64,000 bases of DNA from the NCBI GenBank assembly GCA_026003335.1, contig BPHB01000003.1:129013-193012 (forward strand). Reading direction: 5' to 3'. Below are positions 45,213-54,174 of this stretch, in pieces. The notes under the pieces are model-generated. The model saw only the letters and a program-made list of their open reading frames with translations. It was not told the origin of the DNA and searched no databases. Made by a program: the position numbers and the translations under genes. Each line of letters opens with the position of its first letter. Position 1 is the first letter of the stretch. Source of the stretch: Chitinophagales bacterium (lineage in GTDB: Bacteria > Bacteroidota > Bacteroidia > Chitinophagales > CAIOSU01).

Positions 45213-48200
45213 ACAGCTATTGCCTCCACCAGTATCGTTCCACAGGAATCTTCTTCGGTGATAATATGCAAACCGAGCGGAGGGGGCTCTGGAATAGTAA
45301 AGGTATCTGTAAACTGACAGCCCGCTGAATCTGTAACTTCTAAAGTATAAATGCCAGCTGCTACTCCTGAAACATCCTGGCTGAGCGACCCGTCTGACCA
45401 GAAATAGTCGTAAGGTGGGAAGCCTCCGGCAACTTCTACATCAATTGCCCCATTATGGCTACCAAAACAGCTTACCGGCAGAATGGTGAAACCGATTTGC
45501 AGCGATGAGTTAATGTGAGCAATAGTGGCTGTTGCCACCTTGGCGCAGCCTTTCTTATCGGTGACCGTCAGGGTATAGCTCCCAGCCGCAAGGTGTGATA
45601 ATACGGATGAATCAGCTCCATTACTCCAAACATACGTATAAGGCGGAGTGCCTCCGGAAACGGAGGTTATCACGCTGCCGCTGGCGTTTCCGCAATATGC
45701 AGGAAATGTTGTGAATGAAAGGCTCAAATCTGCCGGGGTTTGCAAAGAAAACAGTGCTGTGGCAGAACACTGATTGCTATCCTGAACCGTAACACCGTAA
45801 TTTCCAGCAGAGAGAGTTACGGCCGTGGGGGATCCCTGCCCATTACTCCAATAATAAGAATATGGGGGCGTACCACCGGATATCCAGGCCTGCGCCTCTC
45901 CATCTGATGCACCAAAGCAGGAGGGATCAGTTGTTTGTATGCTGTCTATGGATGGTTTTGCGAAAACGGTAATCCATGCATTTCGTATTAAGGTATCGCT
46001 CCCGGACGCATTGCTCACAATGAGAGTGACCGGATATACACCAGGAGCCGGATACACTACCTGTGGAGCAGGCACAGAGGAAAATGAGGGAGTGCCGCCC
46101 GGAAAGCTCCACTGCCACTGAACCGGATTATTTTCGCTGCTATCCGTAAAAGTGACCGACAGCGGAGCGCAGCCCGCTGAAATGTTTTGAGTAAATGCTG
46201 CGATGGGTTTGGGTAAAGGACTTGTGCAAATACCACTTACAAGAATGTTGTCCAGATACAGATTATTGCATTGATTATTATAAGATTCAAATTTCAGCTT
46301 CACATCTGCATAGCCATCAAAGGCGCTCAGGTCAACGGTAAAGCAGGGTGCGCCAATGCCTCCGGAAAAACACCAGTCATCAGCCGTTGCAGGAATGAAA
46401 GAGGTTGTAGTTGTGGTGTTGGTGGCAAAAGTACCCGCTCCGGTTTCAGCCGCTGCAAACACCTTAAAGGGAAAAGTAAGCCCGTCATCAGTAGATACAT
46501 AAATAATTAGCGAATCGCGTATCGCTGTGGATGACCTCCGATAAGCATGGTCAAAGGTGAGGGTAGTGTTGGCGATTCGTGACAGGTTCAGGGGGGGAGA
46601 GATAAGGCCATCCCTTTGGCCTATCGCTGAATAACTAAAGAGCTGTATGCCGGCAGCGGTGTTTCCGGAAGTGGAACCACCTACTGTTGTCAGCGACCAT
46701 GTAATTCCGCTATCGGGGTTTGTAAGGGTCCAGCCTTGCGTATTTAGCGAGCCGGATTCAAAGTCTTCCGAAAAAACCGTAACCGGCAGTCCCGAAGTTA
46801 TCGTGACAAAGCCAGGTTTGGTAATACTTTGTAGGCCGTTGGGTGTAGTTATGGACAATGTTACATCAAAGGTACCCTCAAAGGGATATTCCACTACCGG
46901 ATTGGGTGTACTGGCGGTTGCCGGATTGCCGCCCGGAAAACTCCAGGCATAGGAGGTTGGTGTGCAGGTAGTCTGATCGGCAAACCGAATAATCAAGCCC
47001 GGACATCCCTGCCTGATATCGGCACTGAAGTTGGGTATATAATTTTGAATAGAGATGAAGTTTATTCGGGTGAGGGTGTCTGCCCTGGTGTTGTCCTGCA
47101 CGATGAGTGTTACAGAATAACTGCCGGCTGCAGCATAAGAAACAGCAGGGTTCATGTCTGAAGAGGAGGAAGGTATTCCCCCGGGAAAATACCATTGATA
47201 AGAAACGATATTGCCTGTGGATTGGCTGGTAAAGGTAATGGAAGTGCCAGGGCAGCCTGTGTTTTGGCTGGCAGTAAATTGAGCACGCAGGTCAGGGAGC
47301 GAATCCACTACGCGAAAAAGGTCAAAAGCGGCTTCTACAATATGACCGCTTCCTGTCCGGTCGGCTGTTTCCAGTAGCAGCATCATTGCCGAGGTTGGAG
47401 TAAGAAAATCCCTTATGCGAAAATTCCGGAAATTCCACTGATTAGGGTTGGCAGTGGAGGGGGTAACGGTTTCCAGGATTGCCGAAGTTATTCCGTTGTA
47501 AAGGCGTATGTATAACGTATCATTAGGGTTGCCTGAGCCGCCAGCATTGTAAAACCAGCGATAAAAGTGTACGTACGGATCATGGTAGCCTGAAAGGTCA
47601 AATACCGGAGATGTAAGAATGGTATTGCCGTCATCTACATCATCATTTCCTGCAGCACCTCCTCCATTGCCCGTAACAAAGCACTCGTTTCCGAAATCAT
47701 TGGATACATCGGCTCCCGGATTACTGGGTACACCGTTAAAGAGAGTGCCCACAGGCACACCTCGCTCCCACTGGCCGGTAGATGCTGTGCCACTGACTGT
47801 CCATGAATAGTCCAGGACGAAGTCATCATAATACCCTTTGTCAAGCTGAATAATAAGCGGAGCAGTGGAGGAATCCACCTGTACGGTCTGAATACTGGCG
47901 GTGATGTAACTCCATTTGCCGGCATACAGAGTGTAAGTGCCTTCAAAAACGTTGGTGATTACAAAATTGCCGTTTACATCGGTCTGTGCCTCGTAGTTGA
48001 AAGCACTGTTAGTCAAACGCACTTTAGCCTGTGTAACCCCCAGGTTGTTCGTTGCATCCTGCACCTGGCCAATGATATTATACCGGTTAAATTGCTGACA
48101 CACGATGGAGCTGATTAATTCCATTCTTCGCGGACTATTCTGCATCACGGTGAGCATACGTGTTTTCTGACAGAGCGTAAATAAATTCATGCAGGCATCA

Positions 48201-49144
48201 TTGGAGTAGTCCATGTAATTCTGCACCATGTCTACCGTGCCACAGGAAACATGAGACGGATCGCAACCGGAGTTAGAAGCGTCAGACTCGGGTGTATCAG
48301 AGCAATAGTCATCTGTGCCACAGCCGCCATCTCCCCAGATGTGTCTGAGGCCCAGCCAGTGACCGGTTTCATGAGTAGCCGTCCGGCCGCGGTTGTAAGG
48401 TGCCGTCACGTTGCCCACTCTGCCAAAAGCATCATAACGGCAAACGATGCCATCGGTTAAAGCATTCTGAGCTCCGGCTGGCATTCCTGCAAGACCCGAA
48501 CCTTCAGGGAACTGGGCATAACCCAGCAGAGAAGAGCCACTACCAAAGTTGACCGTCCAGATGTTGAAATAGCGGGTGGGATCCCAGATGGTTGCCGGTT
48601 TCAGGTTATTATCAATATCGGTAGTGCTGCTCCAGGTTGCCTGTCCCATGTTTACGCGGTGAATGCCGGGCTCAGCAAGCAGGTTGCCATCCGGATCTAC
48701 CAGGGCAGGGCAAAACTCTATCTCCACATCAGCTGCTACAGGCCTGAAAGCTGCTGGCGTATTAACAGTATCTGCATTCAATCTTCTGAAATCTTCATTG
48801 AGTACTTCCAATTGCGACATAACCTGTGCCTGGCTGATGTTTTCGTTGGTACCTACCGGATCTCCATTGTGTATGACGTGTACGATAACCGGAATTGTGA
48901 TGACAGATTTTCGGGCAGCAAGTCCGGCTGCAGCGGATTGATTCATCTTCTGTTGCAGCCAGTTTTCAAAATCGGCCAGTGTCGGGGCTCCGGGGATTTT
49001 AGATCGCAACACACTGTCCGCGTACATCGTGCCGCAACGATCATGCTGGGCATACATTCCCACGGGGAGAGTCAGCAACAGGATGGTGAGAAAAAAATAC
49101 CGGATGCTGACAGCAGCCACTTTACGATGATTATGATTATGCAA
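44549..49144 (-). CDS. M43 zinc metalloprotease with PKD, MAM-like and six SprB-type repeats plus T9SS CTD, paralog 2
   Basis: 1531 aa as tracked. The start is ambiguous: TTG at 49144 gives MHNHNHRK, and GTG at 49120 gives VAAVSIRYFFLTILLL. Motif HETGHWLGLRHIWGD (about 48330-48377). PKD motifs. SprB repeats of the type CFGASDGEA..GGTPPYSYYWSNG. CTD VFPNPSSGKVYISL..GLYLLKI. Confidence 0.8.
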   Translation of the reverse strand: MHNHNHRKVAAVSIRYFFLTILLLTLPVGMYAQHDRCGTMYADSVLRSKIPGAPTLADFENWLQQKMNQSAAAGLAARKSVITIPVIVHVIHNGDPVGTNENISQAQVMSQLEVLNEDFRRLNADTVNTPAAFRPVAADVEIEFCPALVDPDGNLLAEPGIHRVNMGQATWSSTTDIDNNLKPATIWDPTRYFNIWTVNFGSGSSLLGYAQFPEGSGLAGMPAGAQNALTDGIVCRYDAFGRVGNVTAPYNRGRTATHETGHWLGLRHIWGDGGCGTDDYCSDTPESDASNSGCDPSHVSCGTVDMVQNYMDYSNDACMNLFTLCQKTRMLTVMQNSPRRMELISSIVCQQFNRYNIIGQVQDATNNLGVTQAKVRLTNSAFNYEAQTDVNGNFVITNVFEGTYTLYAGKWSYITASIQTVQVDSSTAPLIIQLDKGYYDDFVLDYSWTVSGTASTGQWERGVPVGTLFNGVPSNPGADVSNDFGNECFVTGNGGGAAGNDDVDDGNTILTSPVFDLSGYHDPYVHFYRWFYNAGGSGNPNDTLYIRLYNGITSAILETVTPSTANPNQWNFRNFRIRDFLTPTSAMMLLLETADRTGSGHIVEAAFDLFRVVDSLPDLRAQFTASQNTGCPGTSITFTSQSTGNIVSYQWYFPGGIPSSSSDMNPAVSYAAAGSYSVTLIVQDNTRADTLTRINFISIQNYIPNFSADIRQGCPGLIIRFADQTTCTPTSYAWSFPGGNPATASTPNPVVEYPFEGTFDVTLSITTPNGLQSITKPGFVTITSGLPVTVFSEDFESGSLNTQGWTLTNPDSGITWSLTTVGGSTSGNTAAGIQLFSYSAIGQRDGLISPPLNLSRIANTTLTFDHAYRRSSTAIRDSLIIYVSTDDGLTFPFKVFAAAETGAGTFATNTTTTTSFIPATADDWCFSGGIGAPCFTVDLSAFDGYADVKLKFESYNNQCNNLYLDNILVSGICTSPLPKPIAAFTQNISAGCAPLSVTFTDSSENNPVQWQWSFPGGTPSFSSVPAPQVVYPAPGVYPVTLIVSNASGSDTLIRNAWITVFAKPSIDSIQTTDPSCFGASDGEAQAWISGGTPPYSYYWSNGQGSPTAVTLSAGNYGVTVQDSNQCSATALFSLQTPADLSLSFTTFPAYCGNASGSVITSVSGGTPPYTYVWSNGADSSVLSHLAAGSYTLTVTDKKGCAKVATATIAHINSSLQIGFTILPVSCFGSHNGAIDVEVAGGFPPYDYFWSDGSLSQDVSGVAAGIYTLEVTDSAGCQFTDTFTIPEPPPLGLHIITEEDSCGTILVEAIAVVSGGTPPYSFLWSNNSTSSTVTNLNKGSHAVTVTDANGCSVSQSIIVDAGPGVSISSFSVTPDSAGLATGSISVTVTGGSPPYAFLWSNGATTPALHNLFAGDYLLTVTDVNGCSATASFSVSYVPDNTVGISHLFSDNLVFSVFPNPSSGKVYISLHIPQQNQLLITFYEQTGRQLSSETIHLPAGQHTLPLPDVPTGLYLLKIKTQAFTAVTRIVVIR
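44850..45945 (-). repeat. array of six SprB-type protein repeats (about 75-80 aa each) inside paralog 2; approximate bounds
   Basis: Recurrent ..C.G...G......GG.PPY.Y.WS.G......L.AG.Y...V.D..GC.. units in the translated ORF. Confidence 0.6.
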
Positions 49145-49249
49145 ACGAGCCTTTTAGGCTTAAGGGACAATATACAAAAAAGCTGTCAATGGGCTTGTTC
49201 TTTTTTGTAAAATGCAAAGGCAAACCGGGGCATTGTGTGAAGATAAAAG

Positions 49250-49917
49250 TGAATTACCGGATGACCACAATGCGGGTTACAGCGGTGAAAGCCTGAGTTT
49301 TTATTTTGAGCAGATACAAGCCGGTAGGAACATCCGGTAAGGGCAGGGTATGTTGTCCGGCCGGGAGATGAATGGTTTCAGAGGAGAGCTGTCTTCCTGT
49401 TTGCTCATAGAAGGTGATGAGGAGTTGGTTTTGTTGCGGTATGTGTAAAGAGATATACACTTTTCCGGAGGAGGGGTTGGGGAAAACCGAAAACACCAGA
49501 TTATCGGAGAAGAGATGAGAAATGCCTACCGTGTTGTCAGGCACATAGGATACCGAAAAGGAAGCGGTAGCCGAACATCCATTGACGTCAGTAACCGTCA
49601 GCAGATAATCTCCGGCAAAGAGGTTGTGGAGAGCGGGCGTAGTAGCTCCATTGCTCCAGAGAAAAGCATAGGGAGGAGAGCCACCGGTAACGGTGACAGA
49701 GATACTGCCTGTTGCCAGGCCGGCACTGTCAGGTGTTACAGAAAAAGAGCTGATAGAAACGCCCGGACCAGCATCAACAATAATGGATTGAGAGACAGAG
49801 CAGCCGTTGGCATCGGTAACGGTAACGGCATGAGAGCCTTTATTCAGGTTGGTGACCGTAGAAGAAGTAGAGTTGTTGGACCACAGGAAAGAGTAGGGAG
49901 GGGTGCCCCCTGAAACT
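49250..49917. repeat. 668-bp direct repeat, copy B (3' end of M43 paralog 3)
   Basis: Same as copy A. Identical antisense ORFs 44810..45208 and 49515..49913 in the track confirm the identity. Confidence 0.9.
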
Positions 49918-52055
49918 GAGGCCGAAGCGCTTCCATCGTTCACACCCGGACAGGAGGCGTCTGTCTTTGACAGGCTTACCGATGGCAGAGGATGAACGAT
50001 GATGTAGTCATTTTGGGAGGTGGCGTTGCTTCCATAGGTATTAGATACGGTAAGCTGCACATCATATTGGCCGGGAGCACTATAAGTCACCACAGGATTT
50101 TGTTGTGAAGAGGAAGACGGATTGCCTCCCGGGAATTGCCAGTTCCAACTGCTGGGATTGCCGGTTGACTGATCTGTAAACTGCACGGTGAGTGAGCCGC
50201 AGCCTCCGGTTGTATTGGCCGTGAAGGCAGAAACAGGCGCCTGGCCGCCCGGAGCCGTGCATATAGCCGTAACCTGAATATTGTCAATATAAATATTGTT
50301 GCCATAGTCATTATAGGTTTCAAATTTCAGGCGCAGATTAGGCATGCCGTCAAAGGCGCTCAGATCTATGGATGGACAGCTGGCTCCTATTGTGGTGGCA
50401 AAACACCAGTCTTCTGCAACCGTGGGAACAAAGTCCACATTGCCGATGATATAGCCGGTGGCAAAGCTGCCGGTGCCGTTTTCTGCATTTGCATATACAC
50501 GATAAGGAAAGGTAGTGCCCCCATTTGTGGAAACGTAAATGATCAGGGAGTCATGTTCATTGGAGGAATAGCGTCTGTGTGCATGTTGAAGCTCCAGGCG
50601 TGCAGAAGATTTTCCTGCCAGACTGAATACCGGTGAAATCAGTCCGTCACGCTGGCCTACCGAATTGTAGTTGTAGATATTGACCCTTGCCGCCTTATTG
50701 CCGGGATAGTTGCCGCTTACGGTGACAACTTCCCATGTAATGGAATTATCCGGATTCAATACACTCCAGCCGGTCAAGGAGCTTTCAAAGTTTTCGCTCA
50801 GTATAATTTCAGTGGCGCCCGTGCCTACAGTGATGTAATTGGTTTTCGTCTCTGTGTCTGAACCAAATGCATTGGTTGTGGTGAGCGTAACCGAATAGGA
50901 GCCTGGAGTGTTATAGGTGACCGTTGGGTTTTGCTGGGTGGAAGAAGAGGGTATAGCTCCCGGGAACGACCATTGCCAGGAGGTGGGATTATTGGCAGAA
51001 TTGTCTCTGAAAGAGACCTGTGTGCCGGGGCATACGTTCAAAAAAGAAGCATAGAAATCCGTTGCAGGCGCAGCATTAATGGCCTGACAACCGTTGTTGG
51101 AGTTGATTAAAGAGGCACGGGCGCCCGTTAGTACATTTAGCATTACAGTTTTCTGGCCTAGCGTGAACATAGCCGGGCAATAGGAATAATCCATGTAGTT
51201 TTCAATCATATCAGGCAGGTCACCGGCACCGGTATTGCAGCTATTGGTGGAGTAGTTGCAGCCGTAATTGGCTGATGCCGATACCGGAGTATCGCTGATG
51301 CCATCATCATTGGAACAACCACCCGAAGTGCCCCATATATGATAAAGACCCAGGTAATGCCCCATCTCGTGCGTGAGGGAGCGATCACTGGGTCCGAAGC
51401 CCAGTTGAAAATCCAAGACGATACCGTCTTCCGGATCACCGTGAATGAAGGAAGAGCCGATATAAGCATAGCCGGCTGTTCCGCCAAACTGGGAGCCCAC
51501 AATGTCCACAATCCATACATTTACATATTTGGAAGGATTCCATGCGTTAATACCACCCGATGAGGTGAACTTCATGTCATCGGTTTCGGTATCCGGATCC
51601 CAGGGACCATGTGTGGTTAGGGTACGCGTGATGCCGGTGGTGCCGTTGCCGTTTGGGTCACGGGTAGCTAAACAGAACTGTATTTCAATGTCTGCTGCAA
51701 GAGGCTTAAATATACTCCGGATGGAAGTAGTGTCGGCATTTAATTTCCTGAAGTCCTTATTGAGAGTTTCCAGCTGGGCAATAATTTCAGCATCGGTTAC
51801 GGAGTTAAGCAGGCTTTGCGAATTGAGCACCACATGAAACACAATCGGTATGGTATATACCTGCCTGCGGTTGCCGCTCTGGTCAGGGGGCTGTGCCCAT
51901 TGCTGCATAGCTTGGAGGCGTGCGTCCAGTTCGGCTGCATAGGACGGATTGTCCTGCCGCTTTTTATATACCACTACATCTGTATAACAACGTTGAGCCA
52001 CGGCAAGGTCGGCAATCATGCCTATAGCCGTCAGCAGAAGAACAATACGATACAT
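49254..52055 (-). CDS. M43 zinc metalloprotease with PKD, MAM-like, three SprB-type repeats and T9SS CTD, paralog 3
   Basis: 933 aa. ATG at 52055 and signal MYRIVLLLTAIGMIADLAVAQ. Motif HEMGHYLGLYHIWG. The C-terminal 220 or so aa are identical to paralog 2. Confidence 0.85.
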   Translation of the reverse strand: MYRIVLLLTAIGMIADLAVAQRCYTDVVVYKKRQDNPSYAAELDARLQAMQQWAQPPDQSGNRRQVYTIPIVFHVVLNSQSLLNSVTDAEIIAQLETLNKDFRKLNADTTSIRSIFKPLAADIEIQFCLATRDPNGNGTTGITRTLTTHGPWDPDTETDDMKFTSSGGINAWNPSKYVNVWIVDIVGSQFGGTAGYAYIGSSFIHGDPEDGIVLDFQLGFGPSDRSLTHEMGHYLGLYHIWGTSGGCSNDDGISDTPVSASANYGCNYSTNSCNTGAGDLPDMIENYMDYSYCPAMFTLGQKTVMLNVLTGARASLINSNNGCQAINAAPATDFYASFLNVCPGTQVSFRDNSANNPTSWQWSFPGAIPSSSTQQNPTVTYNTPGSYSVTLTTTNAFGSDTETKTNYITVGTGATEIILSENFESSLTGWSVLNPDNSITWEVVTVSGNYPGNKAARVNIYNYNSVGQRDGLISPVFSLAGKSSARLELQHAHRRYSSNEHDSLIIYVSTNGGTTFPYRVYANAENGTGSFATGYIIGNVDFVPTVAEDWCFATTIGASCPSIDLSAFDGMPNLRLKFETYNDYGNNIYIDNIQVTAICTAPGGQAPVSAFTANTTGGCGSLTVQFTDQSTGNPSSWNWQFPGGNPSSSSQQNPVVTYSAPGQYDVQLTVSNTYGSNATSQNDYIIVHPLPSVSLSKTDASCPGVNDGSASASVSGGTPPYSFLWSNNSTSSTVTNLNKGSHAVTVTDANGCSVSQSIIVDAGPGVSISSFSVTPDSAGLATGSISVTVTGGSPPYAFLWSNGATTPALHNLFAGDYLLTVTDVNGCSATASFSVSYVPDNTVGISHLFSDNLVFSVFPNPSSGKVYISLHIPQQNQLLITFYEQTGRQLSSETIHLPAGQHTLPLPDVPTGLYLLKIKTQAFTAVTRIVVIR

Positions 52056-52276
52056 ACGTAAAAAATATTTCAGTGAAAGCAGGTTACCCCTGACAACTAC
52101 AACTACAACCGATAATTTCCTTCAGTGTTTATACTCTATCAATGATTTCTTCGGTCAAAAGTAACCTGAATGGACTTTAATTTATAGAAATTTGATTTAA
52201 CTGAAAAAAAACTAAAAATTCCGGGGAGTTTTCAGCTCTTATAAAATTTTCTAAATTGCCCGCGGATAGATGCGGT

Positions 52277-52849
52277 ATGCACACCATTGAACCTTTCTAC
52301 AACTGGCGCAAATATTATATCGCTTCGGAAGACGAACGCTCTCCGTTTTACCGGCAGGGAGTTTTTTCTTCCATGCAACCCAAACAGATTTACAACTTCA
52401 TTATTCATCCGGAGTGGGACGACATAGGGTCAAGTACGCTTTATGTAAAGGTATTGTATGTAAGCTACAGGGAATCCTTTGCCGTAATTGAATTGATGGG
52501 TGAGTGGAATGACTGCATTCATAATGATATCATGTATCTGAAGCGAAATCTGATAGACGGTATGGTGAAAAATGGCATTTACAGATACATACTGGTAGGA
52601 GAAAATGTACTCAATTTTCATTGCTCTGATGACTGCTATTATGAGGAATGGCTGGAAGATGTGATGGAGGAAGGAGGTTGGATAGCGGCAATTAACTTTC
52701 GTCAGCACGTACTGGATGAGATGAAACTGGGCAAATTACATCACTATATCAATTTTGGCGGGGGATTAAACAACCTGCTCTGGCGGAAACTTCCGCCTCT
52801 GGTGCTTCTGAGAGTAGTGGATGAGATGATTATTAAGGCATTGCGTTAA
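52277..52849 (+). CDS. hypothetical protein
   Basis: In-frame ATG at 52277 (MHTIEPFYNWRKYY). 190 aa, no recognised motif. Coding is inferred from its length and its position at the head of a co-directional gene string. Confidence 0.5.
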   Translation: MHTIEPFYNWRKYYIASEDERSPFYRQGVFSSMQPKQIYNFIIHPEWDDIGSSTLYVKVLYVSYRESFAVIELMGEWNDCIHNDIMYLKRNLIDGMVKNGIYRYILVGENVLNFHCSDDCYYEEWLEDVMEEGGWIAAINFRQHVLDEMKLGKLHHYINFGGGLNNLLWRKLPPLVLLRVVDEMIIKALR

Positions 52850-52938
52850 GGAAATTTTTCCTCAGCCGATGACGCGGTAGCGGGAAATATGCAATTTTGC
52901 CAACTGCAGCCAAAAAGCCCCTGCATAATCTGATTTAT

Positions 52939-53430
52939 ATGGCAATCATGGTGTTCGTTACCGGAGGTACTTTTGATAAAGAGTATGATGAGATTAATGG
53001 CCGGCTCTATTTCAAAGACACCCATCTGCCTGAAATGTTTCAGCTGGGCCGTTGTACGCTTGACATTCGTATTCGCACGCTGATGATGATTGACAGTCTG
53101 GAAATGACCGATGGCGACAGAGATGTTATCATACAGCATTGTAAAAGGTGTAATGAAGACAGGATAGTTATCACACACGGCACAGACACGATGGTGAAAA
53201 CGGCTCAGGCGCTGGAGAAGGAAAACATCCAAAAAACCATCGTACTTACCGGAGCCATGATTCCATACAAGTTTGGCAGCTCTGATGGGTTCTTCAATCT
53301 CGGCAGTGCGCTGGCTTTTGTACAAACCCTGCCGGCCGGAGTTTACATTGCCATGCACGGGAGATATTTTCAGGCTGGTAATGTCGTAAAGAATAAGCGA
53401 ACCGGATATTTTGAGGAACTAAGTGATTGA
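52939..53430 (+). CDS. asparaginase-domain protein (N-terminal catalytic domain only)
   Basis: ATG at 52939 (MAIMVFVTGGTFDK). Nucleophile motif TGGT and second motif ITHGTDTM. Only about 163 aa. Confidence 0.65.
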   Translation: MAIMVFVTGGTFDKEYDEINGRLYFKDTHLPEMFQLGRCTLDIRIRTLMMIDSLEMTDGDRDVIIQHCKRCNEDRIVITHGTDTMVKTAQALEKENIQKTIVLTGAMIPYKFGSSDGFFNLGSALAFVQTLPAGVYIAMHGRYFQAGNVVKNKRTGYFEELSD

Positions 53431-53453
53431 AACAGCGTTATTAGCTCTCGGGT

Positions 53454-54128
53454 ATGGAACAAAATTTTGAACAATATCTGCAACCGGGAAAATATATTGA
53501 TAGCGATCATCCCGAAGTAAGGGCCTTTGCCTTTAAGCACAAGGGTGATAGTGCGGATTTGCTCCGGCAAGCAGTGAGTTTATATTATGCCGTTCGTGAT
53601 GGTTTTATCTATGACCCTTTTCACGTAGACCTGTCTGAAGAGCACCTCAAGGCCAGCGCATTGCTTGCACGGGGAAGGGGCTTTTGTGTGGAAAAAGCTG
53701 CATTGCTGGCGGCCTGTGCAAGAGTTATCGGTATTCCCAGTCGTATAGGCCTGGCCGATGTACGGAATCATCTCGGAGCTGAGCGGCTTCAAAAAATATT
53801 GCAGTCGGATGTTTTTGCATGTCATGGCTTTACTGAACTGTTTCTTGAAGGACGCTGGGTCAAGGCTACCCCTGCCTTCAACAAATCACTGTGCGAGAAA
53901 CTGGGGGTGAATCCGCTGGAATTTGACGGGAAAAAAGATTCCATATTTCAGGAGTATGACGGTCATAACGGTAACGAGCGCAAGTTTATGGAATACCTGA
54001 CCGATCATGGGTCATTCAGCGATGTTCCGCGTGCCTTTATTATCCAAACGTTGCATACCCATTACCCACATCTGTTTGAACATCCCGATTCAGAAGCCAT
54101 CAAATCCACTCTCCATCTGCGCTTATAA
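53454..54128 (+). CDS. transglutaminase-like (cysteine protease fold) domain protein
   Basis: 224 aa. Core Cys context RGRGFCVEKAALLAACARVIGIPSRI, followed by a downstream CHGFTE His region. Confidence 0.65.
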   Translation: MEQNFEQYLQPGKYIDSDHPEVRAFAFKHKGDSADLLRQAVSLYYAVRDGFIYDPFHVDLSEEHLKASALLARGRGFCVEKAALLAACARVIGIPSRIGLADVRNHLGAERLQKILQSDVFACHGFTELFLEGRWVKATPAFNKSLCEKLGVNPLEFDGKKDSIFQEYDGHNGNERKFMEYLTDHGSFSDVPRAFIIQTLHTHYPHLFEHPDSEAIKSTLHLRL

Positions 54129-54174
54129 CAACCAATTTCCAGTGAATAGATGTCTTTCCCTTCCAACTAGGTGT

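Noticed and set aside
52094-52109. CAACTA hexamer repeated about 2.7 times in the intergenic region upstream of M43 paralog 3
   Set aside because: It is very short and low in complexity, and there is no evidence of function.
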